This document shows positions 29,053 to 38,786 of a DNA stretch of 64,000 nucleotides, in pieces. The stretch comes from Candidatus Methanophagaceae archaeon (GTDB taxonomy: Archaea; Halobacteriota; Syntropharchaeia; Alkanophagales; Methanospirareceae), in the NCBI GenBank assembly GCA_003194435.1, contig PQXC01000006.1, positions 3,981-67,980 of the forward strand, in the 5' to 3' direction. A model generated the notes under the pieces. The model searched no databases. It was not told the DNA's origin and saw only the letters and a program-made list of their open reading frames with translations. Position numbers and translations under genes: made by a program. Every line of letters begins with the position of its first letter. Position 1 is the first letter of the stretch.

Positions 29053-30183
29053 ATGACAAAATTCATCGAAATCGAAGCGAAGAGTATTTTACAGAAGTAT
29101 AAGTTTAGAGATGATTGGTTCTGGAATCGTTACGGGGTTAACCCTTATCGTGGCTGCCAGTTCGCATGCAACTATTGCGATGCGATAACAGAGAAATATC
29201 TTGTGCATGAATCCTACAAGGATTTCTCAAGGATAATTTATGTAAAGAAGAACGCTCCCGAAATCTTAGGAAAAGAGGTTAAAAAGTTGAAGCCAGATGT
29301 TGTTGCTATGTCCGGCGTTACTGACCCCTATCAGCCCGCTGAGAAGAAATATGAGTTAACAAGGAAAATGTTAGAGATTTTAGCAGAGCATAGGTTTCCG
29401 GTTCATATTATCACGAAGAGCGATTTGGTCTTAAGAGACGTTGATTTACTGCGAGAGATAGCAAAACAGACCTGGTGTACGGTTTCCTTAACAATTATAA
29501 CCTTCAATAAGGAGTTGTTGCCCTACCTGGAACCGTTTGCACCTTCGCCGGAAAGGAGGTTAGATGCAGTTGATAAGTTAAATAAGGAAGGAATACCGGC
29601 AGGTGTTGACTTTACACCCATTGTACCATATCTTTTGGATGGTCCAGAAAATATTGAAGAAGTGATCAAAAGGGCATCTGAATGTGCACAATATATTCTA
29701 ATCGGTGCAGCAATGACTCTGAGAAGTAATCAACGCATAAGATTCTTTGAATTATTAAAAACAAATTTTCCTGAACTCGTGGAAAAATATAAGAATTTAT
29801 ATGGAGAGAAAGAGAATCCTCCACAAGATTATATTGTGAGGCTAAATGGTCTTGCATTTGAGTTTTGCAAGGAATACGGGATAAAGAATTATATTGAGCC
29901 GCCGAGCTTTGAAAGACCTCTCAAAGAGAATTTTGATGTGGCAAATCATTTATTGTTGATAGCGTTTTTCAAAGAATTCAAATCAGCAAATCCTTATTCC
30001 GCGTGGGCTTATCATAGGGCATCTCAAAATATAGAAAACTTAGATGAGAGCATAAAGGAGATTTATAAAAAAGGAGAATTAAAAAAGATTCAAGGTGTAG
30101 GGAAGAGTATCGTTAAGATTATTGAAGATTATTTAACAAATGGGAGCAGTGAAAGATTGGATAAGGAGATTAAGACATGGTAA
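29053..30183 (+). CDS. Radical SAM DNA-repair photolyase family protein (spore-photoproduct-lyase-like, COG1533) with C-terminal helix-hairpin-helix
   Basis: CQFACNYC (CxxxCxxC); overall SplB-like length; C-terminal KIQGVGKSIVKIIEDY HhH motif. Confidence 0.7.
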   Translation: MTKFIEIEAKSILQKYKFRDDWFWNRYGVNPYRGCQFACNYCDAITEKYLVHESYKDFSRIIYVKKNAPEILGKEVKKLKPDVVAMSGVTDPYQPAEKKYELTRKMLEILAEHRFPVHIITKSDLVLRDVDLLREIAKQTWCTVSLTIITFNKELLPYLEPFAPSPERRLDAVDKLNKEGIPAGVDFTPIVPYLLDGPENIEEVIKRASECAQYILIGAAMTLRSNQRIRFFELLKTNFPELVEKYKNLYGEKENPPQDYIVRLNGLAFEFCKEYGIKNYIEPPSFERPLKENFDVANHLLLIAFFKEFKSANPYSAWAYHRASQNIENLDESIKEIYKKGELKKIQGVGKSIVKIIEDYLTNGSSERLDKEIKTW

Positions 30184-30268
30184 ATATAAATAAAAATCAA
30201 CTCACTACGAAAGAGAAAAACAGGAATAAATTTGCTTATTTCTGGATAAGTTTTTATATCTCGCAATA

Positions 30269-30792
30269 GTGATAGTCTCGGCCATTTGGACATGGCGGCA
30301 GCCTTTTCAAGATAATATACTATATCCACATCTGCACGATGTATCAAATATGCTTGGTGGAATTTTATTAGGAATATTGGCTGCTTATTGGCTTTCAAGC
30401 CAGGAGAAGTTAATAAGTTTTCTGATACCAATCGCTATAATAGATTTCATCAGTTTTACACGGTTTGGAAGGTGGACTCCTAATCGGAAATTGATTGAGA
30501 ATAAAACATTTGCAAAAAGCTATCGGTTTGCATGCCCATTCCAGGTTTCTCAGGATTCTATCAAATAACTGGCATTGGAGATATGTTTGTTTTTGCCCTT
30601 ATTGAGGGGGCCACTCTAAAAATTTGGGGAATACATGCTATTTGGATGGCTATCAGTGCTATCATTGTTGGGCAGATTCCGAACGTTATTGGTATGCTAT
30701 CTTTTAAGAACAAGCCGTGGTACCGTGGAATTCCAGCAACTTCGTTCCCTGTTTTGATTTTTGTTACAATCGTTTTAGGGTATAGCTTATGA
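30269..30792 (+). pseudogene. Membrane protein gene split by a frameshift (ORFs 30269..30568 and 30532..30792)
   Basis: Two overlapping hydrophobic ORFs in different frames. Confidence 0.35.
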
Positions 30793-30817
30793 GATTAACA
30801 AGAGAGGGGTAAAAAGC

Positions 30818-31177
30818 ATGGATAAAATAATGAGCACAGGAAACTCAAAAGCTGCAAATCCATGGCGGTTTTTTGCCCTTGCTCCTGGCATTTCGTGTTT
30901 TTTTCTGGATGTGGGTTGTATTGTTGGCGTTCTTGCAGGCTCACCGTGGCCAGAGTTTGAAACAGCCAGAAATCTGCTGTCTGAACCCTGGAGAATTCTT
31001 CCTTTTGCCGTTTTTATCCTGCTCTATGGTCCATTACCGGAAGAGCTGGGCTGGCGCGGTTATGCTCTGGATGGGCTGCAGGTGAGATATAATGCACTAT
31101 TCTCAAGTCTGATACTGGGCGTGGTAAAATGCTTGAAAAAGCACATTGGAAGCCCAGATACGAGAAAGAAGGCATAG
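30818..31177 (+). pseudogene. Truncated CPBP-family (CAAX/Abi) intramembrane metalloprotease
   Basis: Motif 1 EELGWRGY (EExxxR) present, but the ORF stops at 119 aa before the FxxxH / HxxxN motifs. Confidence 0.5.
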
Positions 31178-31490
31178 AGGTCTTCGTAAGCCGAGGAACC
31201 ATGCTGCGCATAATCCTCACACCATTGACCCTGAGATAGTGAAACAACACCTTCCTGGCTCTACCCTCTTTCGGATAGCCCGCTAACATGTTTAAAGAGG
31301 CGATGTGCGCTCGGAACTCCATAGTTCCGGAACTACTGGATAAAAATAAAGAAACCTCCATGACCCCCAAGGGGGACACCCATGAACATGAAAATAAGAA
31401 AGTATTTTCATACCAAATAATAAGTTATAAATCAGGATGTGTATAGGTAAAGTAGGTTGAGGTGTTTTTTTCAGAGATGATAGAGGATAG

Positions 31491-32720
31491 ATGATAGAGG
31501 ATAGCAGACTGTATGGGCATCGTATGTCCGAATGGCAGCAGGTGCGGCAATTAGCGCAGTTCCACGTCTATCTCGATCCAGAGACGGGGATGGCTTATAC
31601 ACATCCTGAGTTCCTGCCACCGATCATTCGAAACAGGCTATTACCAAAGCTCGGGTTTGAATCACATAGCCAGAGAGCGTTCTTCATCATCACAGATAGC
31701 CACCAGCTTGTGGAGTACAAGGGGCTTGTCTATCCCTATTCCAATGACAATGATATAGAGATAGTGCCGGCAAGTGGACAGCCCTGGGGCATGCTCTTGA
31801 AGGAGCATGGTGAACGTGAAGCAATGGCATTGAATGCAATTGCAAGGCGAATCGGTGGTGTCTATGGTGAGTATCACGATGCGGGAGTGGCAATACAGAA
31901 CCGAGAAAGAGAAGGTGGTGAGATAATACATTACGGCGTTCTCAGGCGCTGGAGTGATGATTACGATTATGCTTATGCTTACATACCTTTTATTAGGCTT
32001 GACCTCTTTGATGCTGTGAGGCGACTTGCCACGCTGGAGGGCACGTCACATATCGAACTGCTGAAGAGTGCAATGGCGCGATTGGGCTTGATATTGAGGA
32101 CTGCACATGAAATTGGGATTTATCACTGCTTCACGCATCCGGGTAATATAGATGCACATGGCAACCTTGTGGATTTCGAGCATGCAATCTGCAGTGCAGA
32201 GATTCCGGTGCTGAAAAGACTATGCCTGAATGGAAGTGAGTTACTGGATGATGCACATCTGCGATATCGAGACATTGACCTCTTCTTTGCTGGCGCTCGT
32301 GAGATTCTGCACAGATGTCAGACATGCTTTAAACTCTCTCGTGATGAGTTAATGAAGAAGATAAGGTTTCTGCGTGAGAATATATCCATCACAGTGGGTA
32401 TACCTGTTTTTGAGGTTCTTGCACATCTGAATATCGGGTTTTACGAGGATACACTGAAGAGACTCCCGTTCTGCTACCAAGAAGACGTAATAGGAGCGTT
32501 TGTTGATAGCTATTGTGAATCTGGGTCAGGGTCGGAAGTGAAGCGTGGTATCTTCTCAGAACTGCTCAGACATGGCAAATGGACACCGAAGGCGAGTGGA
32601 TACATCATCAATGCCGGGAATCCACTACCAATGCAGCAGATACCAAATGAGCTCATATTAAAGCTCTGGAATATGGCGCCACTCAAGAAGAAAGAGAAAG
32701 TGTTCAGCCCCCTCCACTAA
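31491..32720 (+). CDS. Protein-kinase-like fold protein (APH/RIO-like), possibly a pseudokinase
   Basis: IYHCFTHPGNIDAHGNLVDFEHA resembles the catalytic-loop/DFG region hGDlHpgNi...iDFg, but with Phe in place of the catalytic Asp. 409 aa, otherwise no recognisable motifs. Confidence 0.45.
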   Translation: MIEDSRLYGHRMSEWQQVRQLAQFHVYLDPETGMAYTHPEFLPPIIRNRLLPKLGFESHSQRAFFIITDSHQLVEYKGLVYPYSNDNDIEIVPASGQPWGMLLKEHGEREAMALNAIARRIGGVYGEYHDAGVAIQNREREGGEIIHYGVLRRWSDDYDYAYAYIPFIRLDLFDAVRRLATLEGTSHIELLKSAMARLGLILRTAHEIGIYHCFTHPGNIDAHGNLVDFEHAICSAEIPVLKRLCLNGSELLDDAHLRYRDIDLFFAGAREILHRCQTCFKLSRDELMKKIRFLRENISITVGIPVFEVLAHLNIGFYEDTLKRLPFCYQEDVIGAFVDSYCESGSGSEVKRGIFSELLRHGKWTPKASGYIINAGNPLPMQQIPNELILKLWNMAPLKKKEKVFSPLH

Positions 32721-32952
32721 CTACCATTCGGCAATCTATGAGTAGAAATAACACCTATAACAGCACTGAAAAGAAGGTCCAAAAATTCTTCTTTTAAGAT
32801 ATTTTTGGTGTATCCATGGAATCTGAATTCTATAAGGTAATGTGGCATTTTTATCTGTTGTAGGTCTTTACTTAAACTGGAATACAAATAGTCAATTATA
32901 GAATACAAATCACCTAAATTGTTTGGATTTACAGGAGGAAGTGAATGACTTG

Positions 32953-33010
32953 CGAAATGGCGTATAACAGCGGATAAAAGGCTTCGATGCTTCACACCTT
33001 CGCCCAAGTG
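32953..33010 (+). repeat. Copy E of the structured repeat family (ggcgtataacagcgg...ggcttcgatgcttcacaccttcgcc), right half diverged
   Basis: Shares the GGCGTATAACAG core and the ggcttcg..ccttcgcc central part with repeats A and B. Lies at the boundary between the accessory island and cofH. Confidence 0.45.
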
Positions 33011-33164
33011 GTGTTCAAATATCGTCTTCTATATTTTTGCTGTGTATCTGTAACGACTCTTTCATAATGATATTTTTACAAGGAGGGTATGTAAAGGCTA
33101 ATGTTTTGGTAGACAGTTGTTCGAAGATTTTTGTGAGGGAATGTTAATAAAATAATCCTAAATC

Positions 33165-34226
33165 CTATATCAGTTTATACAGTGTGTTCCTCCTCCTTGG
33201 TGTCCTACCCGCATCCTTTATCAGCCGTTCAAACTCCTCCGGGCTCAGGTATTCTCCAGCTGAAGAGCCCGATAGCCGTGATATATTCTCTTCCATCAAT
33301 GTGCCTCCAAGGTCATTCACACCGAAATATAGCATCCTCTGTGCATACCCTACCCCGAGCTTCACCCACGACGCCTGTATATTCACACAATATGGATGAA
33401 GAATGACCCTTGCGAGTGCGTGTACTATTGCATTCTCCTCAAAGCTGACATCGCGCTTCACCAGCTTTCCCAATTCATTATTCTTATGCATGAACTTCAG
33501 GAGCACGAACTCGGTAAACCCTCCTGTCTCTTTCTGCAGCTCTCTTATCCTGAAAATGTGGTTTATCCTCTCCTTCCACGTCTCTATGTGTCCATACATG
33601 ATAGTGGCAGTGGATGGAATCCCCATGCGATGTGCACTCCTTATTATACTCTCCCATTTAGCTGTATTTAGCTTCCGGGGGCATATTATCGCTCTTATAG
33701 AATCATCCAGTATCTCTGCTGCCGTGCCAGGAATAGAGCCCAAACCTGCGCTCTTCAGCTCCTTCAATACCTCTTCCACTTCCAACCCCGTATTCCTTGC
33801 TACATGATATATCTCCATAGGTGAGAAAGCATGGATATGCACATCAAACTGCGATTTTATAGTCTCAACGAGTCTGCAATAGTCGTCCAACCGCAGGTCA
33901 GGATGCAATCCACCCTGAATGCATATCTCGGTCGCCTCATTTTTCACCGCCTCTTCCACCTTCTCCAGAACCTCATCCATAGTCAGCATATAGCCCCGCT
34001 TCTTATCCTCCCTGAATGCACAGAACTTGCAATTCCCGATGCAAACATTCGTGAAATTTATGTTCCTGTTCACCACGTAGGTGACAATATCACCCTTCGT
34101 ATCCTTCCGCAGCTCATCCGCGAAGCGAAATAAAAGAGGGGGGTGATTCACAAGAAAGAAGGCATCTGCACGCTCTATCCCTCCCCTCCTTATTCGCTCA
34201 TATAACTCATCGAAATCGTCTTTCAT
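33165..34226 (-). CDS. cofH: Radical SAM enzyme of the CofH/MqnC/MqnE family, most likely F420 (FO) synthase subunit CofH
   Basis: VVNRNINFTNVCIGNCKFCAF is the family signature around the CxxxCxxC motif. 353 aa. F420-utilising host context. Confidence 0.65.
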   Translation of the reverse strand: MKDDFDELYERIRRGGIERADAFFLVNHPPLLFRFADELRKDTKGDIVTYVVNRNINFTNVCIGNCKFCAFREDKKRGYMLTMDEVLEKVEEAVKNEATEICIQGGLHPDLRLDDYCRLVETIKSQFDVHIHAFSPMEIYHVARNTGLEVEEVLKELKSAGLGSIPGTAAEILDDSIRAIICPRKLNTAKWESIIRSAHRMGIPSTATIMYGHIETWKERINHIFRIRELQKETGGFTEFVLLKFMHKNNELGKLVKRDVSFEENAIVHALARVILHPYCVNIQASWVKLGVGYAQRMLYFGVNDLGGTLMEENISRLSGSSAGEYLSPEEFERLIKDAGRTPRRRNTLYKLI

Positions 34227-34261
34227 CCATCTGAATCTGATATTTCCTTCTCTTACTTCAC

Positions 34262-35260
34262 TTACTTTATCCCTGTTATTATCTCCTTGCTGAGGTCAAA
34301 TATCATTGCCTTCTCCGCACCATCTTCTATCACCAATTTCATACTCGCATCTATCTCCCCGACCATAGAGGCTGTTATACCCGCATCCTCGAATATATTT
34401 ATGCATTCCGCGCCCCTCTCCGCATCCTCCACCGTTAATACAAATCCTGTACCTGGATACATCTTTAGCCACTGTGCAATAGAAATCGGCACTTCTTCCG
34501 TATCAGGTCTCGGTATCTTCTCCAGCTCCACTCGCGCTCCCACACCCGAGGACTCAAGTAACATACCCAGGGTACCAAGCGTGCCGGGATTGCTTATGTC
34601 CTTACCGGCAGTTGCCAGCCTCTTCTCCCCTATCTCCACCATGGTATTCAATTGCCTCTTTATCGCAGTTGCTGACTTCCTTGTCGTGTTGTCCCATGCA
34701 AGGTTGTATTTCGGATATACTCTACCATCGAGGTCAATTGCCACAACTATTTTATCACCCGGCTTCGCTCCACTTGAGAATATCACACTGTCCCGCTTCA
34801 CAGTTCCAACAATCCCGACATCAAGCGCATTGTATGAAGTATCGGGATGTAGATGCCCGCCCACCATAGGCACGCCGAACTTCTTCACGCCATCCTGCAT
34901 CCCCCTGCCCAATTCCGCACATATATGCCTCTTCTGTGTTGAGGTCAGATTCACCATCGCCAGTGCAGTACCGCCCATCGCCGCTATATCATTCACATTC
35001 ACGAGTACTGCGCAATAACCTGCCCACCATGGGTCTGCATTCAATAATTTACCCCATATCCCATCCACCGCAAGCAGAATAAAATTGTCATCGTCCACTC
35101 TGAGCACCGCCGCATCCTCTCCAAATCCCGCTATTGTCTTATTACCCACCCTATCTGCATCTCCGAGTGTCTTCACGAGGTCCCTTATCGCCCCCTTACG
35201 CTTCACTCCTTCAAAGTTCCTGAGCTCCGCAGCCAGAGACTCCAGATTCATGCCCCACAT
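34262..35260 (-). CDS. AIR-synthase-related (PurM-like) protein
   Basis: PurM-type N-domain (GEDAAVL..., DGIWG) and C-domain. 332 aa. Operon-like overlap with the downstream HAD gene. Confidence 0.65.
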   Translation of the reverse strand: MWGMNLESLAAELRNFEGVKRKGAIRDLVKTLGDADRVGNKTIAGFGEDAAVLRVDDDNFILLAVDGIWGKLLNADPWWAGYCAVLVNVNDIAAMGGTALAMVNLTSTQKRHICAELGRGMQDGVKKFGVPMVGGHLHPDTSYNALDVGIVGTVKRDSVIFSSGAKPGDKIVVAIDLDGRVYPKYNLAWDNTTRKSATAIKRQLNTMVEIGEKRLATAGKDISNPGTLGTLGMLLESSGVGARVELEKIPRPDTEEVPISIAQWLKMYPGTGFVLTVEDAERGAECINIFEDAGITASMVGEIDASMKLVIEDGAEKAMIFDLSKEIITGIK

Positions 35261-36069
35261 TTGTACGCCTCCATCTCCTCTATTATCTCTTTTACCTCTT
35301 CTATATCCTTTATTCTGAAATCAGCAACCTCAAAAATCTCGCTCGGCCTATCCGTAGCCTCATGTAAGGACAATACTGCTATATCAGATTCACAAAATGC
35401 GAGATAATCGTTCCTGTCATCACCAACCATTATCACCTTATACCGGTCTTTCAACTTCCTCACCAAATCACGCTTGTCCTCCGGGGTCATCATACCAAAG
35501 ATATTCTCCGTAGGCACCTCTGGTAGATATACTGATATCTCCTCAGGTTCTATCCTATCTCCTGATGCTACAAATACTGCACAACCCATCTGACTCAATT
35601 CCTTCAGGAGCTTGCGAGTCCCAGGGAAGAACTTTATACCTCCCGCTATTAAATATCTTATCGTTTTGCTCGCCATCTCCACTATCAAAGCTATCCCTAC
35701 TACCGGTAAAATGTCACACCTCCTTAAAAAACCCATCGTTTCATGCACGTCCCTCAACTTGATGCGCCTATCGCTCAATATCGCCTCCAGCACTTCTTTA
35801 TCATCTATCCCTTCTCTCTTATATACCACCCCAATTTCTATTTTCTTATCCTTCATCACTTCTGACAGCAACTTTGAATCCTCTTCTTTCGCTAATGTCT
35901 CATCGTATCGCGTCTTCAATATCGCCATTGCGCCCCTCTCCAACCTGTCCGTACAGCTCAACCCCGACACCCTGCTCCGCTTCGTTATCCCCCTATCCAT
36001 ATTTTTTATTATTCTGAACGGCGCATAAAGAACACCTGCACCGTCAAATACTACTGCTAAATCCCTCAT
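35248..36069 (-). CDS. HAD-superfamily hydrolase
   Basis: 273 aa. FDGAGVL N-terminal motif I variant; GDDRNDYLAF motif IV (GDxxND). Confidence 0.6.
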   Translation of the reverse strand: MRDLAVVFDGAGVLYAPFRIIKNMDRGITKRSRVSGLSCTDRLERGAMAILKTRYDETLAKEEDSKLLSEVMKDKKIEIGVVYKREGIDDKEVLEAILSDRRIKLRDVHETMGFLRRCDILPVVGIALIVEMASKTIRYLIAGGIKFFPGTRKLLKELSQMGCAVFVASGDRIEPEEISVYLPEVPTENIFGMMTPEDKRDLVRKLKDRYKVIMVGDDRNDYLAFCESDIAVLSLHEATDRPSEIFEVADFRIKDIEEVKEIIEEMEAYKCGA

Positions 36070-36154
36070 TTGAGCATCATCTCCAAATTAATTTTATGAG
36101 TGAAGCTATAACTATAAGAATAAAGAGGGTTTAATATATGGTTATGGGGTGTGA

Positions 36155-38269
36155 GTGATGGCTCAAAACCTTGACCTTACAACAGAGAGGTGGGAGGACT
36201 TCCTGAAGCGATATTGCTGGGATGAGCTTGTAGAGCTCTCAAATTACTATCCGGAGAAGCGGAGTTTATTTGTTAAGTTCACTGACATGGACCTTTACGA
36301 TCCGAATCTCGCAGATATGGTACTGGAAAGTCCCGATGTTGCTATTAATGCGGCAACAAGGGCATTACGAGCTATTGATACCCCAACCGGGGTCACACTG
36401 GATGAGGCAAACTTCCGCATAATAAAGGTACCGAGAAGGCTAAAAATCCGTGATATCAGGAGCGAGGATATAGGAAAGCTTGTGAGTATAGAAGGATTGG
36501 TGACAAAAGCTACCGAGGTGCGTCCGAAGGTGGTGGAAGCGGTATTTGAATGCCCCTTCTGTCATCATGTGTTCTCAGTGGAGCAGAGTGGACGGCAGTT
36601 CAAAGAGCCGGTGGAGTGCGATCAGGAGAGTGGCGGCTGTGGTAGGAAGTCTCAGCATTTCAAACTCCTACTCGAGCAGTGTAAATTTGCAAATGCGCAG
36701 AAGATACAACTTCAGGAGTCGCCGGAGGAACTGCGTGGTGGTGAATTGCCACAGGCAATAGATGTCTATCTTGAGGATGACATCACCGGTGGTGTCACAC
36801 CGGGTGACCGTGTCATTATTACCGGCATTCTCAGGTCTTATCAGCGGACTACCAGGTTCGGAAAGACGCCTTTCTTTGATATCTATCTTGAGGGTAATTC
36901 ATTGGAGCATAAGGAGGAGGAGTTTGAGGAGATAAAGATAACGGAGGAGGATGAACAGCGGATAATGGAGCTGAAGAATCAGCCAGACGTTTACGAGAAG
37001 CTGATAATGAGTATTGCACCCTCTATTTATGGCTATGAGGAGATAAAAGAGGCTATGGTACTCCAATTGTTCGCGGGTGTACCGAAGGAGCTGCCGGACG
37101 AGACGCGAATACGTGGCGATATACATGTACTGCTCGTTGGTGACCCGGGTGTGGCGAAGAGTCAATTACTGACATACCTTGTGAAGTTAGCACCCAGGGG
37201 CCTGTATACCGGTGGTAAGAGTAGCACTTCTGCTGGACTGACCGCAGCGGCAGTGAAAGATGAGTTCGGCGAAGGGCGATGGACCTTAGAGGCGGGAGCG
37301 CTGGTACTCGCAGACAAGGGTATAGCAGCGGTGGATGAGATAGACAAAATGAGGAAGGAGGATAGGGACGCACTTCACGAAGCGATGGAGCAGCAAACGG
37401 TATCAGTAGCGAAAGCGGGCATAATGGCGCGTTTGAACTCTCGCTGTGGGCTGTTAGCTGCTGCGAACCCCAAATATGGACGATTTGATAAGTACACTCC
37501 TATTGCGGAACAGATAAATATGCCGCCCACGCTCCTATCGCGGTTCGACCTCATATTCACCATGATGGATAGACCAAACGAGGAGGCAGACACGAAGACT
37601 GCTGAACATATAATCGAGACACATTATGCAGGCGAGCTACTCGCACGGGCTAAGAATGTGAGCAAAATAAATAGAGCCGAGCGAGAGCATTTCGAGCGTG
37701 CAGTGGCGGTTATGAAACCCCCTATTGAGAGTGACCTGCTAAGAAAATACGTAGCATGGAGCAAACGGAATGTATTCCCGGTGATGAGCGAAGGAGCGAG
37801 GCGGAGATTCCTTGAGTTCTATATCGGGCTACGCAGGCAGGGTTATGAAGATGAGGATGCCCCGGTTCCCGTAACTGCGCGGCAATTAGAGGCACTGATT
37901 CGACTCGGTGAGGCGAGGGCGAGGGCGCGATTGAGCGATGAAATAACGGAGGAGGACGCCGACCGCGTGATTAATATCGTCACTTACTGCCTGAAGCGTG
38001 TCTTCGTTGACCCTGAGACCGGCAGGCTTGATACTGATTGGGTCACTGTGGGCATAACGAAGACCAAAAGAGACCGGGCGAGGTCAATAAGGGAGATAAT
38101 AAAGGACCTGGAACGCGAGTATGGTGATGAAGTACCGCTGGAGGAGGTGCTTGACCTCGCAGAGGAGGAGGGAATGGAGCGAGAGAAGGCAGAAGAGATA
38201 ATAGAGGTGATGAAACGGGATGGTATCCTCTTCTCACCTTCAAGTGGTATTGTTAAGTTTGTACGTTAG
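36155..38269 (+). CDS. mcm: Minichromosome maintenance helicase MCM
   Basis: Zn finger CPFCHH...C..C; Walker A GDPGVAKS; Walker B/arginine finger DEIDKM...SRFDL; C-terminal wH. 704 aa. Confidence 0.95.
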   Translation: MMAQNLDLTTERWEDFLKRYCWDELVELSNYYPEKRSLFVKFTDMDLYDPNLADMVLESPDVAINAATRALRAIDTPTGVTLDEANFRIIKVPRRLKIRDIRSEDIGKLVSIEGLVTKATEVRPKVVEAVFECPFCHHVFSVEQSGRQFKEPVECDQESGGCGRKSQHFKLLLEQCKFANAQKIQLQESPEELRGGELPQAIDVYLEDDITGGVTPGDRVIITGILRSYQRTTRFGKTPFFDIYLEGNSLEHKEEEFEEIKITEEDEQRIMELKNQPDVYEKLIMSIAPSIYGYEEIKEAMVLQLFAGVPKELPDETRIRGDIHVLLVGDPGVAKSQLLTYLVKLAPRGLYTGGKSSTSAGLTAAAVKDEFGEGRWTLEAGALVLADKGIAAVDEIDKMRKEDRDALHEAMEQQTVSVAKAGIMARLNSRCGLLAAANPKYGRFDKYTPIAEQINMPPTLLSRFDLIFTMMDRPNEEADTKTAEHIIETHYAGELLARAKNVSKINRAEREHFERAVAVMKPPIESDLLRKYVAWSKRNVFPVMSEGARRRFLEFYIGLRRQGYEDEDAPVPVTARQLEALIRLGEARARARLSDEITEEDADRVINIVTYCLKRVFVDPETGRLDTDWVTVGITKTKRDRARSIREIIKDLEREYGDEVPLEEVLDLAEEEGMEREKAEEIIEVMKRDGILFSPSSGIVKFVR

Positions 38270-38657
38270 CGGGCACGAACTTCGTACCGTAATAGATTAT
38301 CCCTCTCTCACCTTCTTCCCCCAATCTCCTGAACACCGCCTGGACACGCATCCCTGTATGCATCTCCTCAGGCTTGCATATCACTTCAGAAAGTAGCTGT
38401 GCACCCTCATCAAGCTTAATTATCGCTAAGTTGTATGGTATCTGCCGATTGAGATTCCGCGGAGCCTGGTGTACGGTCGTGTAAGTAACCACCTCTCCTG
38501 TGCCTTTAAACTTATAAGGTACAATCTCGCCTCTTCGCCTGCACTTCGGGCATAGAGTTCGGGGCGGGAAGAAGAAGCTGCCGCAGTTCAAGCACCGTGT
38601 ACCCTCTAAATTATAACGCGCTGCCTGCTCACGCCAGAATTTCGCCGTTGATGCCAT
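38253..38657 (-). CDS. DUF35 Zn-ribbon/OB-fold protein (thiolase-associated family)
   Basis: CLNCGSFFFPPRTLCPKC Zn ribbon followed by an OB-fold. 134 aa. Confidence 0.7.
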   Translation of the reverse strand: MASTAKFWREQAARYNLEGTRCLNCGSFFFPPRTLCPKCRRRGEIVPYKFKGTGEVVTYTTVHQAPRNLNRQIPYNLAIIKLDEGAQLLSEVICKPEEMHTGMRVQAVFRRLGEEGERGIIYYGTKFVPANVQT

Positions 38658-38786
38658 CTCTCTTTGCTCCTTATATTATACCTATATTAGTTAGTTTAGA
38701 TGTAGATTTTGTTTTAATTTAAATACATTTAAGTTTGCTTTTGTACGGTTGAGGCAATGTTCAAAGGCAAAGGCGGTCCCCGACTT

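Noticed and set aside
31178-31490. Possible structured ncRNA (e.g. SRP or RNase P RNA) in the gene-free stretch after the CPBP fragment
   Set aside because: No conserved SRP/RNase P sequence blocks recognised by eye. Could be the degraded remainder of the CPBP gene.
33182-34133. Several plus-strand ORFs inside the cofH region
   Set aside because: Antisense to a conserved radical SAM gene.
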